DNA of 56,397 nt, taken from assembly GCA_020341835.1 (NCBI GenBank), contig CP070838.1, forward strand, positions 1,544,487 to 1,600,883. The letters run 5' to 3'. Made by a program: the position numbers and the translations under genes. Below, piece after piece: positions 10,872 through 21,619 of the stretch. Within the stretch, counting starts at the first letter, position 1, and each line of letters starts with the position of its first letter. This stretch comes from Thiotrichales bacterium. GTDB taxonomy: Bacteria; Pseudomonadota; Gammaproteobacteria; SZUA-229. A model generated the notes under the pieces. That model searched no databases. It was given only the letters and a program-made list of their open reading frames with translations, and was not told the DNA's origin.

Positions 10872-12283
10872 TTGCTTTCCGGCTGATTGTCCTGTTGCCG
10901 CCGCTGTTCCTTCTTGATGATGCACTCCGTGTAATTGCTGGTGATTCCGTTTTGCTTCTGGATTGCAAACTCGTCCATAACCTTGCCTTCATCATTGATG
11001 AAGCGCGTCGTCAGGCGGTTTCCCTCGACATCAATCAGCAGCGAACCTGCTTCTTCCATGGAAACAACCATGGCGGGATGGCTTTGCAGACCATAGTCCA
11101 CCTTGGATGAAGAACCGGAGACAACATATACCGCGCCAGAGTGTGCGATATTCTCTTTCGGTTTCCTGTATTCCCTGAACTGGCCGTGTATGCCTTTGGA
11201 AACGACATTGTTGTCGCTGAATTCATCTGATTTACCGTAATGGCAATCAATCAAATGACTTCTTTCGTACATGTGGCTGTGACCGGACAGCACCAGATCG
11301 ACAGCAGCCGCTTCCAGTATCGGCAACACATTCTCCCTGACCCGTACCATGCGACCGTTGCTGTCTTTTTTGTCATCAGAGTTGTGCGAGCCTTTGCTGT
11401 ATGGCGGGTGATGAAAGGCGACTATCAGCCACTGCTTGGTATTCTGCGCCAGGTCTTGCTTCAACCACGTCAGCATGTCGCTATCCGGTTTCAGGCTTGA
11501 ATCCTGGGAATCGAGTATTACCAGGTGTATGTTTTCATAATCGATCGAGTAATAGTTTTCGGTTCCCGACGGAACACCGCCCGCTTCACCGTTTTCAGGC
11601 AACGTGAACAGCTTGAAATATGTCCAGCGGCGGGCGTCGTGGTTGCCGTAAACCGGCCACAGCGCCTGGTTGCGCAAGATGTTCGGATAGGTATCGAACA
11701 ACGCTGCCTGGAATTGCTCATTCGTACCGGAACGATAGGCGATATCCCCCAGCGCAAGCCAGAGGTTGATGTATTCGTTGTTTTCACGCGGATTCTGCTC
11801 GATCCAGTTCATCATTGCATCGCGCACCGCCAGTGACACCTCGCCAGGCTGACCCGAGTCGCCGATGACCCAGATTCGCGTCGCTTTGCCGGTGACACCC
11901 TCGGGCATGGTGCGAAACCAGTCATACTTCGGCTCGGGATCCTTGTAGCCGCTGATATCACCCACCGAATAGTAGTAGCGCGTATTCGGTTGCAGGTTTG
12001 TGGCTGTAATTGAATGTACCTTGCCGACTGAATCTTCCAGCAGGGTGTAGTTGAGATGATCGGGATGCTGACCGTACTTGAGCACACCCATACGGTTTCC
12101 CCGTGTCTGCCACCTGACCGTAACACTGTCGTCGGTGAGCATTTGCAGATAGGGTGCGCGCTCCCCGGTCAGCTGGCTGCCGAAAAATACAACCCCTGTT
12201 CTGCCGGCAGCATATGCAACAACAATAAATAGAACAAACTTAATAAACCTTTTGATCCAGCTCATCATACCTTTGTAGCACAT
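10859..12283 (-). CDS. Secreted or membrane-anchored metallophosphoesterase, purple-acid-phosphatase-like
   Basis: All five PAP/calcineurin motifs are present in order: GDSG, GDIAY, GNHD, FHHPPY, GHSHMYE. N-terminal hydrophobic anchor FIKFVLFIVVAYAAG. Confidence 0.8.
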   Translation of the reverse strand: MCYKGMMSWIKRFIKFVLFIVVAYAAGRTGVVFFGSQLTGERAPYLQMLTDDSVTVRWQTRGNRMGVLKYGQHPDHLNYTLLEDSVGKVHSITATNLQPNTRYYYSVGDISGYKDPEPKYDWFRTMPEGVTGKATRIWVIGDSGQPGEVSLAVRDAMMNWIEQNPRENNEYINLWLALGDIAYRSGTNEQFQAALFDTYPNILRNQALWPVYGNHDARRWTYFKLFTLPENGEAGGVPSGTENYYSIDYENIHLVILDSQDSSLKPDSDMLTWLKQDLAQNTKQWLIVAFHHPPYSKGSHNSDDKKDSNGRMVRVRENVLPILEAAAVDLVLSGHSHMYERSHLIDCHYGKSDEFSDNNVVSKGIHGQFREYRKPKENIAHSGAVYVVSGSSSKVDYGLQSHPAMVVSMEEAGSLLIDVEGNRLTTRFINDEGKVMDEFAIQKQNGITSNYTECIIKKEQRRQQDNQPESNQSI

Positions 12284-12295
12284 AAAGCGGCGTTA

Positions 12296-14422
12296 TTGGC
12301 CATTATGATACACTACGCAGCCTTAGTAGGATGCTCAAACCCGTTATTTTCCGATTTGTTCAAATCAATGAAATCACTGACAAAATTTCTGCCGAGACTG
12401 CAGCTCTATACGATCAAGGCGGTGCTTTTGTTCCTGCTGGTGCAGACCATACTGAGGATCGTATTCTGGCTCAGATTCAAAAGCCCGCTCGATCCGGTCG
12501 CGGGCAGTGACCTGGTGCATGCGTTCTACCTTGGACTCAAGTATGACCTGCAGGTTTCACTGGGACTGGGCATTCCGATATTACTCCTGGGATGGATCCG
12601 GCCGATCCATCCGGTCTACAGTGAAACCGGAAAGCGGTTGTGGTTTGTTTATACCGGCATCGTTATGCTTGGCCTACTCAGTGTGTACGCGATTGACTTT
12701 GGACACTACGCCTACCTTGAGCAAAGGCTGAACGCAACCGCACTCAGGTTTGTGGAAAACCTGCAGATATCAGCAACCATGGTGTGGCAGACCTACCCGG
12801 TCATCACAGGAAGCCTTGTCCTGCTGTTGCTGGTATATACCAGTCTGTTGCTGTTCAGGTTTGTCAGCGGATATATTCAGCCAATTCCGGGGCAGTATCC
12901 ACGCTGGCACCAGAAAACAGCGGTGGTTTTCCTGACCTTTTTCATTGTGCTGTTTGGCCTGTACGGCAAGATTTCATGGTATCCATTGCGCTGGAGTGAT
13001 GCATTCTTCAGCACTCACGCCTTCACCGGCCAACTGGCAACCAACCCGATCCTGTACTTTTTCAACACGCTCAAAAACAGGGACGAAACCTTCGATATCC
13101 CTGCAGCCAGGGACTCGTATCCGCTGATAGCCAGCTACCTGGGTGTAGATAAGCCTGACACCGACAGGCTGGATTACACCCGGCAATTTGAGTACAAAAA
13201 CAGCCCCGATCGCACGGAACCGAACGTTGTGGTTGTCTTCCTCGAGTCGTTTGCCTCGTATAAATCGGGTCTCGGCGGCAATCCACTGAACCCGACACCA
13301 CACCTGGACAGGCTGGCAGCTGAAGGTCATTTTTACCCGAACTTCTACGTGCCGAGTACCGGTACAGCGCGTTCGGTGTGGACCTTCATCACCGGTCTGC
13401 CCGATATCGAGCTGAACAAAACCTCGAGCCGCAATCCACTCATCGTTGACCAGCACACCATTGTCAACGCCTTCGAAAACCACGAGAAGTTTTATTTTCT
13501 CGGCGGCAGTGCCAGCTGGGCGAATATTCGGGGCATGCTCTCGTCCAATATACCTGGTCTCGAAATCTACGAGGAAGGCAGTTATGAATCACCCCGCGTC
13601 GACGTCTGGGGCATCTCGGATCTGAGCCTGTTCGAAGAGGCGCATAATGTACTGAAGAGCGTCGATGGCCCCTTCTTCGCCATCATACAGACTTCCGGCA
13701 ACCACCGCCCCTATACCATTCCGGAAGACAACAAGGGCTTCGAGGTACTGACGGCTGATGAGCTGGAATTCGATGTGACCGAGTACGGTTTCCTTTCACT
13801 GGAGGAATTCAACTCATTCCGCTTCATGGACCACAGCATAGGGTATTTCATGAAACTGGCCAAACAGAGCCCGTATTTTGACAACACCCTGTTTGTCTTT
13901 TTTGGCGACCACGGCATTCAGGCCGGCACTGGCAAGCACACACCAAAATCCGAGGAACAGCTGAGATTATCCGGACTCCGGGTACCCCTCGTCATGTACG
14001 GACAAGGTATAATTACCGAGCCCGCAGTATTCGACAAGGTGGCAAGCCAGGTTGATTTGCTGCCAACAATTGCTTCGGTTACACAAACCGATTACATTGA
14101 CAGCACCATGGGCAGGAACCTTCTGGATAAGCGCTTCGATGATAATCGTTATGCGTTCACGATTGAGCATGGTGGCGGACGTGCCATAGGACTGTTGACC
14201 GATGACTACTATTTTATGATGCAGTTTGACGGCTCCAACGCGACACTGCACCGACTGGATTCCGACAATCCGAGAGAGGATGTTTCAGCCCGGCACCCGG
14301 AACTTGCGCAAAAACTCGCAGAACACCTGGCCGCCATGCGTGACACAATCCAGTACATGCGTGAAAACAACAAACCGCAGGATATCATCCCGGCCAGAAA
14401 GAGCGGCCAACTGAACGAATAA
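12296..14422 (+). CDS. LTA-synthase/sulfatase-family membrane transferase (OpgB/MdoB-like phosphoglycerol or phospho-substituent transferase)
   Basis: About five N-terminal TM helices followed by an alkaline-phosphatase-superfamily domain ([24 protein letters not shown]). The ATG at 12368 (MKSLTKF) is a likelier start. Confidence 0.8.
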   Translation: MAIMIHYAALVGCSNPLFSDLFKSMKSLTKFLPRLQLYTIKAVLLFLLVQTILRIVFWLRFKSPLDPVAGSDLVHAFYLGLKYDLQVSLGLGIPILLLGWIRPIHPVYSETGKRLWFVYTGIVMLGLLSVYAIDFGHYAYLEQRLNATALRFVENLQISATMVWQTYPVITGSLVLLLLVYTSLLLFRFVSGYIQPIPGQYPRWHQKTAVVFLTFFIVLFGLYGKISWYPLRWSDAFFSTHAFTGQLATNPILYFFNTLKNRDETFDIPAARDSYPLIASYLGVDKPDTDRLDYTRQFEYKNSPDRTEPNVVVVFLESFASYKSGLGGNPLNPTPHLDRLAAEGHFYPNFYVPSTGTARSVWTFITGLPDIELNKTSSRNPLIVDQHTIVNAFENHEKFYFLGGSASWANIRGMLSSNIPGLEIYEEGSYESPRVDVWGISDLSLFEEAHNVLKSVDGPFFAIIQTSGNHRPYTIPEDNKGFEVLTADELEFDVTEYGFLSLEEFNSFRFMDHSIGYFMKLAKQSPYFDNTLFVFFGDHGIQAGTGKHTPKSEEQLRLSGLRVPLVMYGQGIITEPAVFDKVASQVDLLPTIASVTQTDYIDSTMGRNLLDKRFDDNRYAFTIEHGGGRAIGLLTDDYYFMMQFDGSNATLHRLDSDNPREDVSARHPELAQKLAEHLAAMRDTIQYMRENNKPQDIIPARKSGQLNE

Positions 14423-14445
14423 CTCAAATCAACAAGGTAGCGAAA

Positions 14446-15387
14446 ATGATCGAGAAAAAGATACTGGTGACTGGTGGCGGCGGCTTCCTGGGCTCACACC
14501 TGTGCGAGCGGCTACTGCAGGAAGGTAATGAGGTGATATGCCTGGACAACTTCTTTACCGGCACCAAACAGAACGTTCTGGAGCTGATGTCGAACCCGCG
14601 CTTCGAACTTTTAAGACACGACGTTACTGTACCGCTGTATATCGAAGTCGATGAGATATACAACCTCGCCTGCCCTGCATCACCGATCCATTATCAGCAT
14701 GACCCGGTACAAACCACCAAGACCTGCGTGCACGGGGCCATCAACATGCTGGGCCTGGCAAAAAGAACCGGTGCAAAAATATTGCAGGCCTCGACCAGCG
14801 AAGTTTATGGTGATCCGGAAGTGCATCCGCAGGTCGAAAGCTACTGGGGCCGGGTCAACCCGATCGGTATCCGCTCCTGTTACGATGAAGGCAAGCGCTG
14901 TGCCGAAACCCTTTTCCTTGACTATTACCGCCAGCACAAGCTGCGCATCAAGATTGCGCGCATCTTTAACACCTATGGCCCAAAGATGCACGCCAATGAC
15001 GGACGCGTGGTGTCAAATTTCGTCGTGCAGGCACTAAAGGGTGAACCAATCACCATCTACGGCAATGGCGAACAGACCCGGTCCTTCTGCTATGTCGATG
15101 AAATGGTCGATGCATTTATTCGCCTGATGAATTCCGACGATGAGTTCATCGGGCCAGTCAACCTCGGCAACCCGGGCGAATTCACCATTCGCGAACTGGC
15201 TGAGAAAACACTGGCAATGACCGGCTCCAGCTCGGAACTGATCAATATGCCGCTGCCGCAGGATGACCCGACACAGCGTCAGCCGGATATTACACTGGCG
15301 AAAGAGAAGCTTGGATGGGAACCGGTGATCAAACTGGATCAGGGCCTCGCCAGCACGATTGACTACTTCAAGTCAGTGGTCAGTTAG
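14446..15387 (+). CDS. UDP-glucuronate decarboxylase (UDP-xylose synthase, SDR family)
   Basis: [44 protein letters not shown]. This is a very characteristic UXS sequence. Confidence 0.9.
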   Translation: MIEKKILVTGGGGFLGSHLCERLLQEGNEVICLDNFFTGTKQNVLELMSNPRFELLRHDVTVPLYIEVDEIYNLACPASPIHYQHDPVQTTKTCVHGAINMLGLAKRTGAKILQASTSEVYGDPEVHPQVESYWGRVNPIGIRSCYDEGKRCAETLFLDYYRQHKLRIKIARIFNTYGPKMHANDGRVVSNFVVQALKGEPITIYGNGEQTRSFCYVDEMVDAFIRLMNSDDEFIGPVNLGNPGEFTIRELAEKTLAMTGSSSELINMPLPQDDPTQRQPDITLAKEKLGWEPVIKLDQGLASTIDYFKSVVS

Positions 15388-15408
15388 GCCGCCGCTGCCG
15401 GAACATCA

Positions 15409-16179
15409 ATGCCGAAAATCAGTGCCTGCATAATTTCTTACAACGAAGAAAAGAAAATCGAGGATTGCCTGCGAAGCCTGCTGCCGGTCGTTGATGAGAT
15501 CGTGCTCATCGACTCGTTGAGCACAGACAGGACGCTGGAGATTGCCGGTAAATACACTGACAATATTTTCAAGCAGCCATTTCTCGGCCACATCGAGCAA
15601 AAAAACCTGGCGGTTGAAAAAGCCACACATGACTGGATTCTCAGCCTCGACTGTGATGAGCGCCTCTCTGAACGCCTGCAACAGTCGATACTGGCCGTTA
15701 AAGACAGGCTTGATAACGCCGATGCCTACTGCATGTCGCGCAAGACGTTTTACATCTATCGCTGGCTCAATCACTGCTGGTACCCCGATATCAAGACACG
15801 GCTGTTCAACCGCGGCAGTTCGCGCTGGGGTGGCACCAATCCACACGATCACATCGAAACACAGGGTCAAAATATCGTTCGTCTCGAGGGTGACATCTAC
15901 CATTACTCGTTCGACAGCATTTCGGACCATCTGCAGACCATCGACAAGTTCACCGAAATCGGCGCAGACGAACTGGTCCGAAAAAACAAGAGCTTTAACC
16001 TGTTCAGCCCGCTGACACACGCATCATGGATCTTCATAAAACTCTATATTCTCAAGCGCGGCTTTCTCGATGGCTTTGCAGGCCTGACAGTATCTGTGCT
16101 GTCCTACATGCACGTATACATTAAATACAGCAAGGCTTATATCAAACGCAAACAGCTAGGCGGCGCACAATCAGACTGA
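15409..16179 (+). CDS. Glycosyltransferase family 2 (WaaE/KdtX-like LPS core glycosyltransferase)
   Basis: 256 aa. ISACIISYNEEKKIEDCLRS..IVLIDSLSTD..LDCDE GT-A motifs. The stop overlaps the next start (TGATG). Confidence 0.85.
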   Translation: MPKISACIISYNEEKKIEDCLRSLLPVVDEIVLIDSLSTDRTLEIAGKYTDNIFKQPFLGHIEQKNLAVEKATHDWILSLDCDERLSERLQQSILAVKDRLDNADAYCMSRKTFYIYRWLNHCWYPDIKTRLFNRGSSRWGGTNPHDHIETQGQNIVRLEGDIYHYSFDSISDHLQTIDKFTEIGADELVRKNKSFNLFSPLTHASWIFIKLYILKRGFLDGFAGLTVSVLSYMHVYIKYSKAYIKRKQLGGAQSD

Positions 16180-17288
16180 TGAACATCCTTGAACTTTGCC
16201 TTTCACCCGGCCTGGGCGGTCTTGAACTTTACGTATTCAGATCGGCACAGGCATTGGCAGAGAACAATCACGTTCTGGCTGTGCTGAATACAGCGGGTAA
16301 ACTGACAGACTATTTCAACGCGCATTCCGACATAGAAGCCAGCTACCTTGAAAAATCATCCAAAGTTCTGCCGCTGTTCAACGCTCGCAAGCTTGCGGCG
16401 ATCATCGACCGAAACGAAATTGATGTAATCCACATGCACTGGGGCAACGACCTCGCACTCGCCGCGCTGGCCAAAAAGCTGTCGCGCGGAAAACCCGCGC
16501 TGGTTTATACGCGCCAGATGAAAATAACCCGCTACAAGACCGATTTCTACCACCGCCTTCTGTACGATCAAATGGACCTGATGCTGACCATTACAAGACA
16601 GCTGGAAAAGGAAGCCAGGACGTTCATTCCCGGGCGCGATGACCGCATAACCACGCTGTATTATGGCGTCAATGCCCCGGCAGAGTTTTTATCGCATGAC
16701 GAGATCCGTCATCAGCGCAGCGAACTGGGCTTCAACGACGACGATTTTGTCACCGGCCTGCTGGGCAGACTGGAAAAAGGTAAAGGCCAGCACCTGCTGA
16801 TTGAAGCGCTGGCAATGGCCAGGCGCGACGGACTGGAGCCGAAGGCGCTGATAGTCGGCCATGAGATGAACCCCGGTTACCGCTCAGAGCTGCTACAACA
16901 GGCAAGAACTCTGGACGTGGACAGCAATATTGTTTTCATGGATTTTGTGCCCGAACCTCAAAAAGTGATGCAACTGTGCGACTGTATTGCATTGACATCT
17001 CGCGAAGAAACTTTCGGTCTGGTTCTACCGGAAGCAATGCGCTGCGGTATTGCGGTAATAGGCAGCAACAAAGGCGGCGTACCCGAAATCATCACACATA
17101 AAAAAACAGGTCTGCTGTTCGAATCATGGAATTCAGCGAGCCTTTACAAGCAAATACACCGTCTATACACTGATGCCGATTTCAGAAAAGCGCTTGCCGC
17201 AAACGGCAAAATCGACGCAGACAGCCGTTTCAATACCGAAGATCATTTCTCTTCCCTGGAACGGCACCTGATCGATGCAGCACACTAA
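16179..17288 (+). CDS. Glycosyltransferase family 4 (GT-B, group 1)
   Basis: 369 aa. The C-terminal E-x7-E region SREETFGLVLPEAMRCGIAVIGSNKGGVPEII is typical of GT4. Confidence 0.85.
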   Translation: MNILELCLSPGLGGLELYVFRSAQALAENNHVLAVLNTAGKLTDYFNAHSDIEASYLEKSSKVLPLFNARKLAAIIDRNEIDVIHMHWGNDLALAALAKKLSRGKPALVYTRQMKITRYKTDFYHRLLYDQMDLMLTITRQLEKEARTFIPGRDDRITTLYYGVNAPAEFLSHDEIRHQRSELGFNDDDFVTGLLGRLEKGKGQHLLIEALAMARRDGLEPKALIVGHEMNPGYRSELLQQARTLDVDSNIVFMDFVPEPQKVMQLCDCIALTSREETFGLVLPEAMRCGIAVIGSNKGGVPEIITHKKTGLLFESWNSASLYKQIHRLYTDADFRKALAANGKIDADSRFNTEDHFSSLERHLIDAAH

Positions 17289-17312
17289 CTATGGCAGACT
17301 AAGCTGTACAAC

Positions 17313-18329
17313 ATGAAGTTCTGGTTCTCAAAAGGCGTCCGGGTCTCCAGGAAAGCACGTAAAGTCATTCGTGATCTTTCACGCGAGCAAATAAAAAAGG
17401 TCGCTGTCATCAGGCATGCCGCACTTGGTGACATGGTGCTTACACGCGCATTCCTGGTTGAAGCTCGTAAAGCGTTCCCGAATGCCGAAATCACGCTCAG
17501 CATCGTCAGTAATTACACGCGCGGGTGTCCTGAAGACCTGGTAGACCGGGTACATATCGTTCATGGCAGGGGTGAGCAGGCCACAGTCACAGACAAAATC
17601 AGGCGTATGAAGGAACTTGGCCCGCAAGACCTGATATTCGACCTGGCGACAACCAACAAGTCTATTAAAACCTGCCTGCTCAACAAGGCCAAACTTAAGA
17701 TCGGTTTTCCCTATCGGGCCGCTCAGGCCAGGTTTGTGTACGATGTAGCCACCTGTCGGAGCGATCTGAATTTCGAAGTTAACGACATGCTGAATCAACT
17801 CCATATATTTGGCGTAAAGACTGCGTATCCTCACCAGTTCAACATGCCGGGGAACGCACTGAAAAAAGATCGTCCCTGCATAATTTATTTCTCAGGCGCC
17901 TCCACACCCGAAAAATGCTGGCCGACAGGAGACTTTACGGCCCTGATCGATCGCATGTCGACTGAATTTCCGAAACATGACCACCTGGTGCTGGACGGCA
18001 TACTGGATTGGGAAAAAGAAAACGTACGCAAAATACTTGACCCGCTACAAAGCCGCGAAAACACCGGATCAGTCCAGGCCGATACCATTGATGATACGAC
18101 CGCACTGATAAAGAGCGCAGATCTTGTGGTGGCTAACGACACCGGCATCAGACACCTCGCCATTGTGTCCGAAATACCGACAGTGGGAATATTTTTCGGC
18201 GACCCCTATCGTTACTGGCCGCGTTACAGTATTCACGAGGTCGCTTTGCCTGCAGTTGATGGGCCGCCAGCGGTCGAGGAAGTCTACGCGATGTGTCGCA
18301 AGGTTTTGAATAATACGGGGCAGAAATGA
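17313..18329 (+). CDS. Glycosyltransferase family 9
   Basis: 338 aa. VAVIRHAALGDMVLT N-terminal motif and NDTGIRHLAIVSEIPTVGIF C-terminal motif. Confidence 0.8.
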   Translation: MKFWFSKGVRVSRKARKVIRDLSREQIKKVAVIRHAALGDMVLTRAFLVEARKAFPNAEITLSIVSNYTRGCPEDLVDRVHIVHGRGEQATVTDKIRRMKELGPQDLIFDLATTNKSIKTCLLNKAKLKIGFPYRAAQARFVYDVATCRSDLNFEVNDMLNQLHIFGVKTAYPHQFNMPGNALKKDRPCIIYFSGASTPEKCWPTGDFTALIDRMSTEFPKHDHLVLDGILDWEKENVRKILDPLQSRENTGSVQADTIDDTTALIKSADLVVANDTGIRHLAIVSEIPTVGIFFGDPYRYWPRYSIHEVALPAVDGPPAVEEVYAMCRKVLNNTGQK

Positions 18330-18341
18330 ACCCTGTGCCTT

Positions 18342-18746
18342 TTACGCATATTCTTCGTACGACTTTTCTTCAATGAAGTTGGAGCCAAGCTTGAGGTTAA
18401 TCGCCCGCTTCACATCTGACCGTTTGTCATTTGTGAAATATACCGCCCGCGCCAGTTCAATAAATCTGTCATCAAATTCCTTGTTTGACTCTTTGTCTCT
18501 GATGTCGTCCTCGATGACCCATAACTTCTCGTTAATGGCTTTCAACTCATCGAATTCCTGCTGGATGTCAGCGCGCGAGAACGGCAGCTTCTCCAGTAAC
18601 GCATTCAGGGCATCAAGTTCTTTATTGATGTTGGCCAGTTTATCCTTGTCGGTGATTCTTTCCTGCTTGATCTCGAGAATGGTTATTTTGTCAAAAAACT
18701 CGCCGATTGAAATTTCGATATTTACACTCATAGCCCGTAGTATCAA
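18342..18746 (-). CDS. Small coiled-coil protein of unknown function (resembles DUF6165-type proteins seen in LPS loci, from memory)
   Basis: About 129 aa from the ATG at 18731 (MSVNIEISIGEFFDKITILEIK..). Very AT-rich, and lies on the opposite strand within a run of GT9 genes. Confidence 0.6.
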   Translation of the reverse strand: MILRAMSVNIEISIGEFFDKITILEIKQERITDKDKLANINKELDALNALLEKLPFSRADIQQEFDELKAINEKLWVIEDDIRDKESNKEFDDRFIELARAVYFTNDKRSDVKRAINLKLGSNFIEEKSYEEYA

Positions 18747-18846
18747 TAATTCACTGTGGGGACAATTATCACCCTATTTGTCAATAAATGCCATTCCGGA
18801 TCGCGGCATTCGAATCGACCTGCCGGATTGAGGGTTCGGGTAATAG

Positions 18847-19866
18847 ATGATGAAAATCCTGGTGATAAGAAATGACAAACTGGGCGACTTCGTGCTGGCG
18901 CTGCCGGCGATTTCACTGCTAAAAAGCCAGTATCCGGACGCCATCATAACTGCCCTTGTTCCTCCATATACCCGACCAGTCGCCGAAATGTGCCCCTCGA
19001 TCGACAATATTGTTATTGATAACGGCGGCAATGCGTTTGAACTAAGCAGACATTTTTCGCCGCATCAATTCGATGCCTCGATTTCACTGTACTCCGAGCT
19101 GCGCACCGCAGCCGCCCTCTGGCTTGCAGGGATCCGTAACAGAGTCGGTCCAGCGACAAAAATCGCGCAGATTTTTCTCAATCGAAGACTCAGACAAAAA
19201 CGCTCGTTGTCGTTGAAGCCGGAATATGAATATAACGTCGACCTGGCAAAATACTACATACAACTGAACGGCGATACACCGGTCACACCCGTAAAGCCAC
19301 CTTACCTGGTACTCGACGACCGGCAAACATTAAGACAGAAGTATATCGAGAGTATCGGCAGCTCACCGCAAAAAAAACTCGTAATTATCCATCCTGGCAG
19401 CGGCGGTTCAGCCGTCAACCTGTCTCTGCAGCAGTACGCGCAACTTGCGAGAACCATTAACCGTGATATCGATTTACATTTTGTTATCACTGCAGGGCCT
19501 GATGAACTGGATAACGCGAACAGCCTGTCCAGGCTGCTGAATGCGGACAATTGCACTGTCTATAACTCGGTTCACGGCCTGGCAAACTTTGTACATTTTA
19601 TAAACATCTGTGATGTCTTCATCAGCGGTTCCACCGGGCCGCTTCATATAGCCGGCGCGCTCAATATCGCGACGGTAGCATTTTATCCGGCTCGACGGTC
19701 AGCGACCGCACTGCGCTGGCAGACCCTGAATGAAACCGGCAAGAGAATATCTTTCTCGCCCGAGCAGTACGTCAAGGCAGCCAGTACGCTGAATATTGAC
19801 ATCGACGAATGTGCGACAGAAATCATCGATTTCATTCGCAGGCTACCAGCAGCCGACAAGGCATGA
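18847..19866 (+). CDS. Glycosyltransferase family 9
   Basis: 339 aa. MKILVIRNDKLGDFVLALPA and SGSTGPLHIAGALNIATVAFY motifs. Confidence 0.85.
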   Translation: MMKILVIRNDKLGDFVLALPAISLLKSQYPDAIITALVPPYTRPVAEMCPSIDNIVIDNGGNAFELSRHFSPHQFDASISLYSELRTAAALWLAGIRNRVGPATKIAQIFLNRRLRQKRSLSLKPEYEYNVDLAKYYIQLNGDTPVTPVKPPYLVLDDRQTLRQKYIESIGSSPQKKLVIIHPGSGGSAVNLSLQQYAQLARTINRDIDLHFVITAGPDELDNANSLSRLLNADNCTVYNSVHGLANFVHFINICDVFISGSTGPLHIAGALNIATVAFYPARRSATALRWQTLNETGKRISFSPEQYVKAASTLNIDIDECATEIIDFIRRLPAADKA

Positions 19867-20942
19867 ACATCAAGGCTGCAATTATCAAACGTCTTGCCAG
19901 AAAGACGTATAAAGGTCAGTTTAATCCAGAAAATTTCAGACAAATACTGATTGTCAGGCCGGCAAAAATTGGCGACACGATCTGCCTTCTGCCGCTGATC
20001 AGAGAGCTGAAGAAGGCGCTCCCGTCTGCAGAAATCGATATATACGCCAGCACCGACAACAATTTCATGTTCCGTTTTGTTCCACAGGTGCGGCACGTAT
20101 ACACCAGGCACAAGCGCCGCAAGCTTGCCAGCACCCTTGGCGAAATTTTCAGAATGCGCGCAAACCACTATGACCTGATAATCGACACCATGGATATCAG
20201 ATTAGGCAAGGTACTGACACTGGCGCTGATCAATGCTGACTGGCTAATCGCAAATAGCGGCTTTCAAAGCCGCTATGGACTTGATAATTCCGACCTGCCG
20301 CTTTACTACCGACTGAACCGCTGGAAACTCGTTCATACAACGGACCGGTTGCTGGAGTACCTGGATCTTCTCGGGATCGAAGAATACGACAGTGCCATGG
20401 AATTCTCCGCTGGTGAGGAGGCGAGTGCGTTCGCCTCTTCCTTTCTCAAGCCGCACAGGCAAAACCGGCTGATTGGATTCAATGCCGATGCCAGCAACCC
20501 GGCACGCTCGGTCAATGACTCGGAAATCATCGATATTTTTCGCGGTATCCGGCAACATGATGAAAACATAAAGATCCTGCTGTTCTGCACGCCTTCACGA
20601 TACCAGCACATGCGGAAATTGGTGGAGACTGCGCAACTCGATAACATCGTTATTGAACGCGGCACGAAAGATATATTTGATGCCGCCGCACTGGCCAGTC
20701 AAATGGATGTGCTTATATCGCCGGACACAAGCTTTATTCACATTGCGTCTGCATTTGATATACCCACTGTCGCAATTTACCCGAACGATCCCGACCACCT
20801 CATATACTGGGGGCCAAGAAGCAGCAGACATGTTGTAATTCAACCCGGGCAGAAGGATGCCAGTATCAGAGGATTCAGTACTGAGAACACCGTCTCAGCA
20901 GCTATTCAGCTTCTCAATGAACGCATCCGCACTGCGACTTGA
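19863..20942 (+). CDS. Glycosyltransferase family 9
   Basis: The track ORF starts at 19809. The ATG at 19863 forms an ATGA overlap with the upstream stop. ILIVRPAKIGDTICLLPL and PDTSFIHIASAFDIPTVAIY motifs. Confidence 0.8.
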   Translation: MNIKAAIIKRLARKTYKGQFNPENFRQILIVRPAKIGDTICLLPLIRELKKALPSAEIDIYASTDNNFMFRFVPQVRHVYTRHKRRKLASTLGEIFRMRANHYDLIIDTMDIRLGKVLTLALINADWLIANSGFQSRYGLDNSDLPLYYRLNRWKLVHTTDRLLEYLDLLGIEEYDSAMEFSAGEEASAFASSFLKPHRQNRLIGFNADASNPARSVNDSEIIDIFRGIRQHDENIKILLFCTPSRYQHMRKLVETAQLDNIVIERGTKDIFDAAALASQMDVLISPDTSFIHIASAFDIPTVAIYPNDPDHLIYWGPRSSRHVVIQPGQKDASIRGFSTENTVSAAIQLLNERIRTAT

Positions 20943-20997
20943 TGACTTTGAGATCGATATAAATATTTCTTGCCGGCATTTTGAAAGCCGAGCGCTC

Positions 20998-21450
20998 TCA
21001 TTTATCGTAACCCATAAATTTCGAAACAAAACGTGCGCGCATACTGCCGAACAAAGAACCAAAATTGACCCGCCTGCTGACAAGCTCGAACTCACCCGTT
21101 GCATCGACCAGGTAACCACCGCCTGTCATTTGATCGGTGAAAAACAGCGACATATGCCTCACATGTGTGGGGTCCGCCCAGGAATCACGTGATGAAAAGT
21201 GGGGAGTTTCCAGGTGGACGGCGGCATTATCGGCTGCAAGCCGATGTATCTCCCGGAAGAAGCCCGCCTGGTCATTGATATGCTCGACGACATGGATAGT
21301 CCTGTTGTAGCTGAAAGTATTGTTTTCTATCTGCCACGGAAACTTCTCCAGATCCCAGACAACGCCCACACCGGGCCAGTCATGGATATCTATTCCGGTA
21401 AACTGCGGATCCTTGGCTCTTCCACAGCCTATATCAAGCTTGTCTTTCAT
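20998..21450 (-). CDS. Small class I SAM-dependent methyltransferase
   Basis: 150 aa with LDIGCGRAKDP (motif I) and HVVEHINDQ. Confidence 0.7.
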   Translation of the reverse strand: MKDKLDIGCGRAKDPQFTGIDIHDWPGVGVVWDLEKFPWQIENNTFSYNRTIHVVEHINDQAGFFREIHRLAADNAAVHLETPHFSSRDSWADPTHVRHMSLFFTDQMTGGGYLVDATGEFELVSRRVNFGSLFGSMRARFVSKFMGYDK

Positions 21451-21619
21451 CTGGATGACCGACCCTTAACAGTATCAGATCTGCCTGTAAACTAACGACA
21501 TTTAGTGCTTCCACGCGCAACGATGACTGCAGTAAATATCGTTCCCCGGCTAGAACATACGGTATTGGAGATATATAATCCTTGAAATTTTCTTTGGCGC
21601 GATCGCCTTATTTCGGATT

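Noticed and set aside
17100-17107. A8 homopolymer tracts in coding regions as possible phase-variation switches: GT4 at 17100-17107, GT9 at 19370-19377, and OMP at 48178-48185 followed by C5.
   Set aside because: The tracts are only 8 nt long and encode Lys-Lys. That is below the length usually associated with slipped-strand switching, and I have no population data.
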